Positions 36,031 to 44,443 of a stretch of 49,516 nucleotides of DNA are shown here, piece by piece. Location of the stretch: NCBI GenBank assembly GCA_036229005.1, contig JAZAMN010000055.1:1-49516 (forward strand). Reading direction: 5' to 3'. The notes beneath the pieces were generated by a model that saw nothing but the letters and a program-made list of their open reading frames with translations, made no database searches and was not told the origin of the DNA. Position numbers and translations under genes: made by a program. The stretch is from Myxococcota bacterium. GTDB lineage: Bacteria; Myxococcota_A; UBA796; CAJQPC01. Position 1 is the stretch's first letter; every line of letters begins with the position of its first letter.

Positions 36031-36602
36031 TGCGCGTCTCCGCTTGGGGGCATCTCGTCCAGGCGCAGCTGCAGCTTTGCGGGGCTGCCGGCCGCGTCGT
36101 AGTAGCTGTCAAAGACCAGTTTGAAAGTCTGCTCTGGTGTCCGCACCACGTAGACCCGCTCCTTGGGGGTCAGGCTGTGGTCGTCCACGTCGTAGTCGTA
36201 CCACTCGTCGAACACGCGGTCGGGCTCGGTGTCCTCGTCGTCGCCATCGGGTGCGTCCTGGGCCCAGCCGGAGGCGGGCAGGTCCTCCCAAGCCAGAGCG
36301 GTGAAGTCGGCCCCCTCGATGTAGGTGGCCTCCACCTCTCCCTCTCCCGAGACCCCGCCGTCCAGCTCCACCAGGTAGCGCTGGAAGCGCAGATCCCAAC
36401 CCTCCAGGGACTCCCCGGGCGCGCCCAGGGTGAGGGTGTCCAGGTCCAGGGGGACCCACAGCGTGTAGTCGGTGGCGTCGATCTTGAGGGCGGTCGGCCC
36501 CTCGGTGGCCTGGGTGTCGTCCAGCGCCAGCGAGCCCGTGTCCCAGGTGTTCATGGACTCCGAGAGGTCCGGCAGGCAGGCGAGCAGGGTCAGCAGGATC
36601 AC
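36027..36602 (-). CDS. hmuY: HmuY-family lipoprotein
   Basis: IDATDY..WV.LDL, WDLRFQRY..LDGGVSG.G, WYDYD..DHSLTPK..VYVVRT, SYYDAAG; GTGA overlap with the receptor. Confidence 0.85.
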   Translation of the reverse strand: MILLTLLACLPDLSESMNTWDTGSLALDDTQATEGPTALKIDATDYTLWVPLDLDTLTLGAPGESLEGWDLRFQRYLVELDGGVSGEGEVEATYIEGADFTALAWEDLPASGWAQDAPDGDDEDTEPDRVFDEWYDYDVDDHSLTPKERVYVVRTPEQTFKLVFDSYYDAAGSPAKLQLRLDEMPPSGDAQ

Positions 36603-38458
36603 GCGCCCCTCCAGTGTCCGTCGATGCTCAGGACCACCTCGCGGGGGCGGATCAGCACCAGCCCGCTGGGGTCCTGGGTGTTGAGCAGGTTCTCGCAGCC
36701 CAGCCGGAAGCGCATGTCCTGCGGTCCCTGCCACATCAGCCACGCGTCCCACTGGGTGTAGGGGGCGGCGAGGGGGAGGTCGGTGCCCACAGTCCGGGCC
36801 CCAACCCAGCGCATCTGGGTGCCCAGGTCCACCGCAGGGACCGGGGTCCAAGCGAGGCGCGTCGTGGCGCTGTGGCGGGGGCGGCCCGGCAGTGCCTCGC
36901 CGGTGGAGAGATCCAGCGTGTGGTTGAAGGTGTAGCTGGTGTCGGCGGTGAGGGCGCCCAGCTCGAGCACCGCGGCCACCTCGCTCCCCGAGCTGCGTGC
37001 CTGGTCGATGTTCACGTACTGGTAGACCGTCGCCGTGCTGGTCTGCTCTCCGGGGCCGACGCCGATCAGGTCGTCGATCTCGGTGAACCAGCCGGCGGCG
37101 CTCAGGGTCAGGGGGCCCAGGCCCTGGCGCAGCTCCAGGTCCACGCCCTGGGAGGTCTCGGGGCCCAGCTCCGGGTTGCCCTCGACGCGGTAGCCGGAGC
37201 TGGGGTTGGAGAAGCGCAGGAGCTGCTCGGAGAAGCTGGGCGCGCGGAAGCCCTGGCCGTAGCTGACCCGGAGCTGGGGGCCCTGGGTGGGGGCCCACAT
37301 CAGCGAGAGCTTGGGCGCGAGCTTGCGGCCGAACTGGCTGTCCAGCTCCCAGCGGGCGGCGGGGATCACCAGCAGGGTGGCGGTGGGCCGGTACTCAAGC
37401 TGGGCGAAGGGCGCGATCCGGACGCGGCTGCCGACGCTGTCCAGGCGGTCGGCGTCCAGGCGCTGGGCCAGGGTGTCCGTGCCCACGCTGAGCACGCCGA
37501 TCGCGGTGGAGCGCTCGTGCAGCAGGGAGAGCTCCCCCAGGTCTTCGCGGGAGCGCTCGTAGACGTCCAGGGCGCTGGACTTGCGCTGGTCCACTGCGTA
37601 TTGATCCAGGTAGAAGCTGTAGCTTCCGTGGATCGTGTTCAGCGCCCGGGGGGTGCTCCAGCTCAGGGAGGCTTGGTTCACCAGGGTCTCGGTGGCCACG
37701 CGACGGTCCAGGATGGCCCCGCCGTTCCCGGCGTCGATGCCGTGGATCAGGCGCGCGGTGTAGGCCGAGCGGGCGTCCAGCGTGAACTGGTCCTGGGGGC
37801 TCAGGTGGGCGCTCAGCGCCAGCTCCCCCTGGTGGAAGCCCTCCAGGGTGGTGAAGCCCTCATCGTCGCTGATGGGCGCGGCGCCGTGGTAGCCGGCCTC
37901 GGCCTTGAGCCCCAGGTCCCCGATCCCCCCGCCGAGCATCACGCTGGCGTCCGCCGTCGGTGCGCCCTGCTCCAGGGTGTGGCCCACGGCGAGCTGGCCG
38001 CCCACGCTGGGCACGGGCTCGGCCTTGCGGGTGGTGATGCGCACCACGCCGCCCATGGCCTCCGACCCGTAGAGCGCGGACTGGGGGCCCTTGATGACCT
38101 CGACGGACTCGACCTCCTCCAGGGGGATGCGGGAGAGGTCGACCGCGCCGCCCACCTGACCGCCCAGGCGCTGGCCGTCGACCAGGATCAGCGTGTGCTG
38201 GGGGTCCAGGCCGCGCAGGGAGATCTCGGTCCCCCGGTAGTTGTCCTGCACCTGCACGCCCGGGAGGGTGTCCAGCGCCTCCCCCAGGTTCTGCGCGCCC
38301 ATCGCCTGGAGCTGCTCGGCGTCCAGGACCAGGATGCGGCTGGCGACCTGATCCCCGACGCGCTGGCTGCGGGGAGCGGTGACGGTCAAGACCTCCCCGG
38401 ACTCGTCCGGCGGCGGAGGGTCTGGCTCGGCGACGAGCAGCGGCAGGAGGGGAATCAC
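36599..38458 (-). CDS. TonB-dependent outer-membrane receptor (heme, by context)
   Basis: TonB-box-like EVLTVTA, plug ISLRGLDPQHTLILVDG, VEVIKGPQSALYGSEAMGGVV, GFRAPS, GNPELGPE, ENLLN. No clear FRAP/NPNL His was checked. Confidence 0.93.
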   Translation of the reverse strand: MIPLLPLLVAEPDPPPPDESGEVLTVTAPRSQRVGDQVASRILVLDAEQLQAMGAQNLGEALDTLPGVQVQDNYRGTEISLRGLDPQHTLILVDGQRLGGQVGGAVDLSRIPLEEVESVEVIKGPQSALYGSEAMGGVVRITTRKAEPVPSVGGQLAVGHTLEQGAPTADASVMLGGGIGDLGLKAEAGYHGAAPISDDEGFTTLEGFHQGELALSAHLSPQDQFTLDARSAYTARLIHGIDAGNGGAILDRRVATETLVNQASLSWSTPRALNTIHGSYSFYLDQYAVDQRKSSALDVYERSREDLGELSLLHERSTAIGVLSVGTDTLAQRLDADRLDSVGSRVRIAPFAQLEYRPTATLLVIPAARWELDSQFGRKLAPKLSLMWAPTQGPQLRVSYGQGFRAPSFSEQLLRFSNPSSGYRVEGNPELGPETSQGVDLELRQGLGPLTLSAAGWFTEIDDLIGVGPGEQTSTATVYQYVNIDQARSSGSEVAAVLELGALTADTSYTFNHTLDLSTGEALPGRPRHSATTRLAWTPVPAVDLGTQMRWVGARTVGTDLPLAAPYTQWDAWLMWQGPQDMRFRLGCENLLNTQDPSGLVLIRPREVVLSIDGHWRGA

Positions 38459-38466
38459 GGTGCAAG

Positions 38467-38481
38467 TGATACTTGTTATCA
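38467..38481. promoter_or_regulatory. Fur box overlapping a sigma70-like promoter of the heme operon
   Basis: TGATACT-T-GTTATCA matches 12 of 14 positions of TGATAAT-N-ATTATCA; minus strand reads TTGCGT-N17-TATCAC-N7-GTG. Confidence 0.8.
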
Positions 38482-38601
38482 ACAGAGAACGCAAGTCGTT
38501 TTCAATAAGGAGTCCTGAAAGGATCTCAGCCCGGTTGCGCCCCTTGGTGGGCCGTGTTGTTCTGGCCCGGGCGCTCGCGCCTGCACCGCCCTGGAGCGAC
38601 C

Positions 38602-41600
38602 GTGTCCATTCTGCTGCTTCTCTCTTCGCTCTCGCTGCTGGGCTGCAAGGACCGCAGGGCCGTCACGGACACCGCTGATGTGCTCAAGGTGGACAACGAC
38701 GCGGACGGCTTCACGGAGGAGGAGGGGGACTGCAACGACGGCGTGGCCGCGATCAACCCGGCGGCGGGGGAGTCCTGCGACTACCTGGACAACGACTGCG
38801 ACGGCGTCGTGGACGAGGACACCACGGCGGAGTGGTTCCTGGACGGCGACGGGGACGGCTACGGGGATCCAGAGGGATCGGCTGTCACTTGTGAACAACC
38901 TCTGGGGTACATCTCCCGGGGTGGGGACTGCGATGACGGCGACGGCAGCAGGAGCCCGGGCATCGACGAGGTCTGCGATGGCGTGGATCAGGACTGTGAT
39001 GACCTCGTCGACGAGGGGGTGCTGACCGAGTGGTTCGCGGACCTGGATGGGGACGGTATGGGCGACCCGGAGACGGGCACCCAGGCCTGCTCGGCCCCCG
39101 CGGAGCACGTGGACAACGACTTTGACTGCGATGACGGGGACGCCCAGGTCAACGAGCTGGCCCTGGACGGCTGCGATGGGGTGGACAACGACTGCGACGG
39201 CGCGGTGGACGAGGCCCCGGACGTGCTCTGGTACCGCGACGCCGACAGCGACGGGGCGGGCGACAGCGAGGACTCGGTGGCCTCGTGCGAGCAGCCCAGC
39301 GGGTACGTGGGGGCGGGCGAGGCCTTTGACTGCGACGACGACAACGTGACCGTGGGCGCGGGGGCCTACGAGTACTGCGACGGCGTGGACAACGACTGCG
39401 ACGGGGAGGCCGACGAGGCTGACGCCCTGGACGCGGGCACCTGGTATGACGACCTGGACGGGGACGGCTACGGCGACGACAGCACGGCCCAGGCGGCCTG
39501 CGAGCAACCCAGTGGCACGGTGGATGTGGGCGGGGACTGCGCGGACAGCGACGGCAGCCTGAGCCCCGAGACCCTGTGGTACGCGGACAGCGACGGGGAC
39601 GGCTACGGCGACGCGGCGACACCCACGGCGAGCTGCACGCAGCCCAGCGGCTATGTGGCCGATGACAGCGACTTCGACGACAGCGACGCGGCGGCCTGGC
39701 CCGGCGCCACCGAGCTCTGCGATGGCGTGGACAACGACGGGGACGGGGAGGTCGATGAGGCCGACGCCGCCGACGTGAGCACCTTCTATCTGGACTACGA
39801 TGGGGACGGATACGGGCGGGCCGGGACCACCACCACGGGCTGCTCGGCGCCCTCCGGCTACGTCGCGGACAGCAGCGACTGCGAGGACACCGACGCGGCG
39901 ATCAACCCCGGCGCCCTGGAGCTCTGCGACGGCGACGACAACGACTGCGACGGCAGCACCGACGAGAGCGACGCCGCCGACGCCAGCACCTGGTACGCGG
40001 ACAGCGACCTGGACGGCTACGGCGACGCGGCCACCAGCCAGACCGCCTGCACGGCGCCCAGCGGCTACGTCTCGGACGCCTCCGACTGCGACGACGCGGC
40101 CGCCGCCGTGAACCCCGGCGAGGCGGAGATCTGCGATGCCGTCGACAACGACTGCGACGGCAGCACCGACGAGTCCGACGCCAGCGACGCGGACACCTGG
40201 TACCTGGACAGCGACGGGGACGGCTACGGGCGCAGCACCACCAGCACGACGAGCTGCAGCCAGCCCAGCGGCTACGAGGCCAGCTCCACCGACTGCGACG
40301 ACGGCGACAGCGCCATCCACCCGGCCGCCAGCGAGGTCTGCGACGGCGCCGACAACGACTGCGACGGGGAGACGGACGAGTCCGACGCCACCGATGTGAG
40401 CACCTGGTACCTGGACAGCGACGGGGACGGCTACGGCGACGCCAGCGACAGCCTGGACGCCTGCGATCAACCCAGCGGCTACGTGGCCGACAACACCGAC
40501 TCCGACGACGAGAGCGCCGAGACCCACCCCGGCGCCAGCGAGGTCTGCGACGGCCTGGACAATGACGGCGACTCCAACATCGACGAGTCCGCCAGCGACA
40601 TGGGCACCTGGTATGTCGACGCGGACAGCGACGGCTACGGCGACCCGGCCACCAGCACCACCGCCTGCGACGCCCCCAGCGGCTACGTGGCCGACAACAC
40701 CGACTGCGACGACGGCGACGCGGTCGCCTACCCCGGCGCCACCGAGTACTGCGACGACACCGACAACGACTGCGACGGCACCATCGACGGCGTCGCGTCG
40801 GTGGACCTGAGCACCTGGTACTACGACCGCGACGGGGACGGCTACGGGCGCTCCGACACCACGGCCGATGCCTGCGATCAGCCCAGCGGCTACGTCTCGG
40901 ACTCCACCGACTGCGACGACGACAACGCAGACGTGAACCCCGGCGCGACCGAGGTCTGCGACGACCACGACGTGGATGAGGACTGCAACGGCTATGCGGA
41001 CGACGACGACAGCGGCGTGACCGGCCTGCTGACCTTCTACGACGACGGCGACGGCGACGGCTACGGCGACAGCACCCTGACCACCAGCGCCTGCGAGGCC
41101 CCCAGCGGCTACGTGGATGTGGACGGGGACTGCGACGCCTACGACAGCAGCGTGCACCCCGGCGCGACCGAGATCTGCGACGACGGCATCGACAACGACT
41201 GCGACGGCAGCGGCGGGAGCTGCGGCCTGGGCGGGAGCGACCTTCTGGTCTCCGATGCGGTGGCCAGCATCAACGGCACGGTGGTCGGCGGCAGCTTCTC
41301 CTACACCGGCAGCCACGTCCTGTTCCTGGATGACATGGACAGCGACGGCTACGACGAGCTGGTGGTCTCCAGCGAGGTCAACGGGGGCTACTACCGGGGC
41401 CGCGTCTACATCTTCGACGGGCCCCTCAGCGGCGCGCTCAGCTCCGAGGGCGACGCAAACACCCTGCTCGCGGCCGTCGGGTCCCACGGCTACTTCGGCA
41501 CCGAGCTTGGGGGCGGAGACGTCGACGGCGACGGGGTGAGCGACCTGTTGGTGGGCGCGCCCTACTACAACAACAGCGCCGGCAGCGACGGCACCGTGTT

Positions 41601-42567
41601 CATCTACTACGGGCCCCCCGCGGACGGCTCGGAGGCCGACGCCGATCTGGTGGTCCAGAACGACAGCACCAGCGTGAACATGGACCAGGTCGCGGTGGGG
41701 GACGTGGACGGCGACGGCAACGCGGACCTGGTGCTGGGCGCCTGGGGCGACTCCAGCGACCCCGGCGATGTCTACCTCTTCCTGGGCCCGGTGACCGCGG
41801 ATCTGGTGGCCGGCACCGACGACGACACCCACTGGGACGGCGGCGTCGCCGCAGACTACGCGGGCGCCGATGTGGCCCTGGCAGACGTCAACGGAGACGG
41901 CCTGGACGACCTCTGGGTGGGCGCCCCCCGCGACGACGATCTCGCGTCCCAGGGCGGCAGCGCGATGCTCGTCCACGGGCCCGCCAGCGTGGGCTTCACC
42001 TGGGGCCCCACCAGCGCGGCGGCCTACGTCCGCGGGACCACCTCCAGCGGCTACCTGGGCGAGTTCCTGGGCAGCGCCGGGGACTTCAACGGCGACGGCT
42101 ACGAAGACCTGCTGCTTGGCGCCCCCGGGGCCGGAACCGAGGGTGGCGGCGAGCTCAACATCTTCTACGGCCCCATCACCGGCACCCTGCGGGCCAGCCA
42201 CGCCGAGGTGTCCATCAACGGCGAGCACGGCTCCGACGAGCTCGGCAGCGCCAGCGCGGTCGACGACATCGACGGGGACGGCAACATGGACCTCGCCGTG
42301 GGTGCCCTCTACATCAGCACCTGCTCCGGCAGCACCTGTCGCGGGCGCGCCCACATCTACTACGGGCCCATCACGGGCAGCTACAGCACCACCGACTCGG
42401 ACGGCACGGTCGGCTACGCCGGCAGCGGCAGCAACAACTTCGGCAGGGCCCTGGACCTTGGCGACTCCGACGGCGACGGCTACCCCGACCTGGCCGTCGG
42501 CGCGTACTCGGACACCTCCGGCGGCGGCTCTGGCATGACCTACCTCTTCGCGGGCAGCGGCATCTGA
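38602..42567 (+). CDS. Large surface lipoprotein: 13 MopE-type Cys/Asp repeats + C-terminal FG-GAP (integrin-alpha-like) propeller
   Basis: LLGC lipobox; repeats WY.D.DGDGYG...C..PSGYV....DCDD...PGA.E.CDG.DNDCDG; about seven D.DGDG..DL.VGAP blades; GTG 38602 after GGAG. Confidence 0.92.
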   Translation: MSILLLLSSLSLLGCKDRRAVTDTADVLKVDNDADGFTEEEGDCNDGVAAINPAAGESCDYLDNDCDGVVDEDTTAEWFLDGDGDGYGDPEGSAVTCEQPLGYISRGGDCDDGDGSRSPGIDEVCDGVDQDCDDLVDEGVLTEWFADLDGDGMGDPETGTQACSAPAEHVDNDFDCDDGDAQVNELALDGCDGVDNDCDGAVDEAPDVLWYRDADSDGAGDSEDSVASCEQPSGYVGAGEAFDCDDDNVTVGAGAYEYCDGVDNDCDGEADEADALDAGTWYDDLDGDGYGDDSTAQAACEQPSGTVDVGGDCADSDGSLSPETLWYADSDGDGYGDAATPTASCTQPSGYVADDSDFDDSDAAAWPGATELCDGVDNDGDGEVDEADAADVSTFYLDYDGDGYGRAGTTTTGCSAPSGYVADSSDCEDTDAAINPGALELCDGDDNDCDGSTDESDAADASTWYADSDLDGYGDAATSQTACTAPSGYVSDASDCDDAAAAVNPGEAEICDAVDNDCDGSTDESDASDADTWYLDSDGDGYGRSTTSTTSCSQPSGYEASSTDCDDGDSAIHPAASEVCDGADNDCDGETDESDATDVSTWYLDSDGDGYGDASDSLDACDQPSGYVADNTDSDDESAETHPGASEVCDGLDNDGDSNIDESASDMGTWYVDADSDGYGDPATSTTACDAPSGYVADNTDCDDGDAVAYPGATEYCDDTDNDCDGTIDGVASVDLSTWYYDRDGDGYGRSDTTADACDQPSGYVSDSTDCDDDNADVNPGATEVCDDHDVDEDCNGYADDDDSGVTGLLTFYDDGDGDGYGDSTLTTSACEAPSGYVDVDGDCDAYDSSVHPGATEICDDGIDNDCDGSGGSCGLGGSDLLVSDAVASINGTVVGGSFSYTGSHVLFLDDMDSDGYDELVVSSEVNGGYYRGRVYIFDGPLSGALSSEGDANTLLAAVGSHGYFGTELGGGDVDGDGVSDLLVGAPYYNNSAGSDGTVFIYYGPPADGSEADADLVVQNDSTSVNMDQVAVGDVDGDGNADLVLGAWGDSSDPGDVYLFLGPVTADLVAGTDDDTHWDGGVAADYAGADVALADVNGDGLDDLWVGAPRDDDLASQGGSAMLVHGPASVGFTWGPTSAAAYVRGTTSSGYLGEFLGSAGDFNGDGYEDLLLGAPGAGTEGGGELNIFYGPITGTLRASHAEVSINGEHGSDELGSASAVDDIDGDGNMDLAVGALYISTCSGSTCRGRAHIYYGPITGSYSTTDSDGTVGYAGSGSNNFGRALDLGDSDGDGYPDLAVGAYSDTSGGGSGMTYLFAGSGI

Positions 42568-42599
42568 GCCTGCCGGCGCTGCGGGCTCCGCGCGGGGTT

Positions 42600-43067
42600 A
42601 TGGACGCTGGCATGTGGTCCGCTCTGCTACACGACCCCGACCCCACTCTGCCCACGCTGGACTGGCAGGCCCTGGCCACGCCCCCCGCCCCCGGGGAGCC
42701 CTACGGTCGCCGAATCCTGCACGCCGAGCCCGCTGGGGAGTGGCTGCTGATGTGCTGGGCGCCGGGCATCCCGACGGTGCCTCACGACCACGGGGGGGCA
42801 GAGGGGCGGATCTGGGTGCTGCAGGGCAGGCTCCTGGAACACCACCTGAGCACCTCGCTTGCGGTCACAGCGCAGAGATCTGCGGGCGCCGGCGAGGTCA
42901 TGACGGTGCAGACGGACACCATCCACCGGGTCACAGCCGCTCCTCACACCCTCTCCCTGCACTGCTACAAGCCTCTGGCCCAGCGGGGGATGCGCGCGTT
43001 CACCGAGCAGGGCGTGGTCCTCTTGCCGGCCGGACACGGCGCCTGGCTGCCCCTGGAGGCCCCGTGA
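42600..43067 (+). CDS. Cysteine dioxygenase-family cupin
   Basis: YGR..L, W.PG..T.PHDHG, IHRV, LSLHCY; start may be 42612. Confidence 0.8.
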   Translation: MDAGMWSALLHDPDPTLPTLDWQALATPPAPGEPYGRRILHAEPAGEWLLMCWAPGIPTVPHDHGGAEGRIWVLQGRLLEHHLSTSLAVTAQRSAGAGEVMTVQTDTIHRVTAAPHTLSLHCYKPLAQRGMRAFTEQGVVLLPAGHGAWLPLEAP

Positions 43068-44443
43068 TCTGGCTGCTGCTCGGCTGCGCGGACCCGCCCC
43101 CGCCGCCCCCGGTCGCGGAGAGCACCGAGACCGTCATCGTGGTCGTGGGCTGCACCCTGCGGGCCGACCGGACCAGCGTCTACGGAAACCCCCGCCAGAC
43201 CACGCCCTACCTGCAGGAGCTCGCCGATCAGGGCGTGGTGTTCGAGGACATGGTCTCCAACGCGCCCTGGACGCGCCCGGCCATCGCGAGCCTGATCTCG
43301 GGGCTCTACCCGGGGCGCCTGGGCATCGACGATGAGCGCGGCGAGCTGAACACCAACCGGGGCCTGCACCCGGACGTGGTGACCCTGGCGGAGCGCTTCT
43401 CGGAGGCGGGCTGGAGCACGGTGGGGGCCACGGCGAACCCCAACGCGAACGCCTACTTCCAGATGGACCAGGGCTTCGCGGAGTACCACGAGGCCAGCGG
43501 GCTCTGGCGCGAGGGCTACGCCAAGGTCGACGGAGAGACCCTGGTCCGGGACTGGGCCAAGCTGGCCGCGCAGGTGGAGGGGCCGCTCTACGGGCAGCTC
43601 GTGGTGGTCGACACGCACAAGCCCCTGGGGAGGGGGACGAGGCACCCGGCTGGCTGGGGCTTGCGGGTCTTCCTCTCGCCCTCTGGGGTGGACCGCTACG
43701 ATGCAGCGCTGGGGCTCTTCGACGAGGTGCTGCGGGGCCTGGACGCCGCCCTGGCCGAGATGGGGCGCTCGGATCGCCTGCTGGTGGTGGTGGGCGACCA
43801 CGGGGAGGGGCTGTCTGACCCCGACTGGGCTGGGCACGCGCACGGCCGCTACCTCTACGACGCCAACCTGCGGGTGCCCTGGGTGATGCACGGCGCGGGG
43901 GTGCAGCCGGGCACGCGGGTGGACGGGCTGGTGGAGTCCATCGACCTGCACCCGACCCTGCTGGAGCTCGCGGGGCTGCCGGACCCGGGGGTGGATGGGC
44001 GCAGCCTGGCCGCGCAGGCGCGGGGGGAGTCGGAGCAGAGCGGCAAGGAGCTGGGCTTCTCGGAGACCTTCTTTGCCTCGGACCACCGGATGCGCGCCTC
44101 GACCCCGGAGTGGGTCTACATCCAGAACGACCAGGGCGCGCGGGATCGGGGCGAGCACGAGCTCTACGCGGCCGCCGACCGCCAGCAGTCCGAGAACCTG
44201 GCGCTGCTGGAGCCCGGGGTCGTCGAGGCGCTCTCCGGGCGGGTGGAGACCCTGGCGCAGGGCGTGCACAGCGAGCGCCTGGTCCTGGATCTGGACGAAG
44301 ACCTGGACGACGAGCTGCGCGGGCGCCTGGAGGCCCTGGGCTACATCGAGGACCCGGCGCTGCCCGAGGGCAAGCCGCCACCCCCGGAGCTGAGGCCGGA
44401 CCCTGGCGCGCTCAGGCCTCCGGGGGCGCCGCCGGCACCCTGA
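43064..44443 (+). CDS. Sulfatase-like lipoprotein, Thr at the nucleophile position
   Basis: GTGA overlap; VIWLLLGC; TLRAD, APWTRPAIASLISG, DTH.P, GDHGE, HG..LY, LEALGY. Confidence 0.87.
   Translation: MIWLLLGCADPPPPPPVAESTETVIVVVGCTLRADRTSVYGNPRQTTPYLQELADQGVVFEDMVSNAPWTRPAIASLISGLYPGRLGIDDERGELNTNRGLHPDVVTLAERFSEAGWSTVGATANPNANAYFQMDQGFAEYHEASGLWREGYAKVDGETLVRDWAKLAAQVEGPLYGQLVVVDTHKPLGRGTRHPAGWGLRVFLSPSGVDRYDAALGLFDEVLRGLDAALAEMGRSDRLLVVVGDHGEGLSDPDWAGHAHGRYLYDANLRVPWVMHGAGVQPGTRVDGLVESIDLHPTLLELAGLPDPGVDGRSLAAQARGESEQSGKELGFSETFFASDHRMRASTPEWVYIQNDQGARDRGEHELYAAADRQQSENLALLEPGVVEALSGRVETLAQGVHSERLVLDLDEDLDDELRGRLEALGYIEDPALPEGKPPPPELRPDPGALRPPGAPPAP

Noticed and set aside
38479..42354. 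1291-aa antisense ORF, plus other long antisense or off-frame ORFs (1150-2970, 7110-9191, 36614-38518, 47043-48905)
   Set aside because: Shadows of GC3-biased real genes: low-complexity Val/Ala or Arg/Pro/Gly translations with no motifs.
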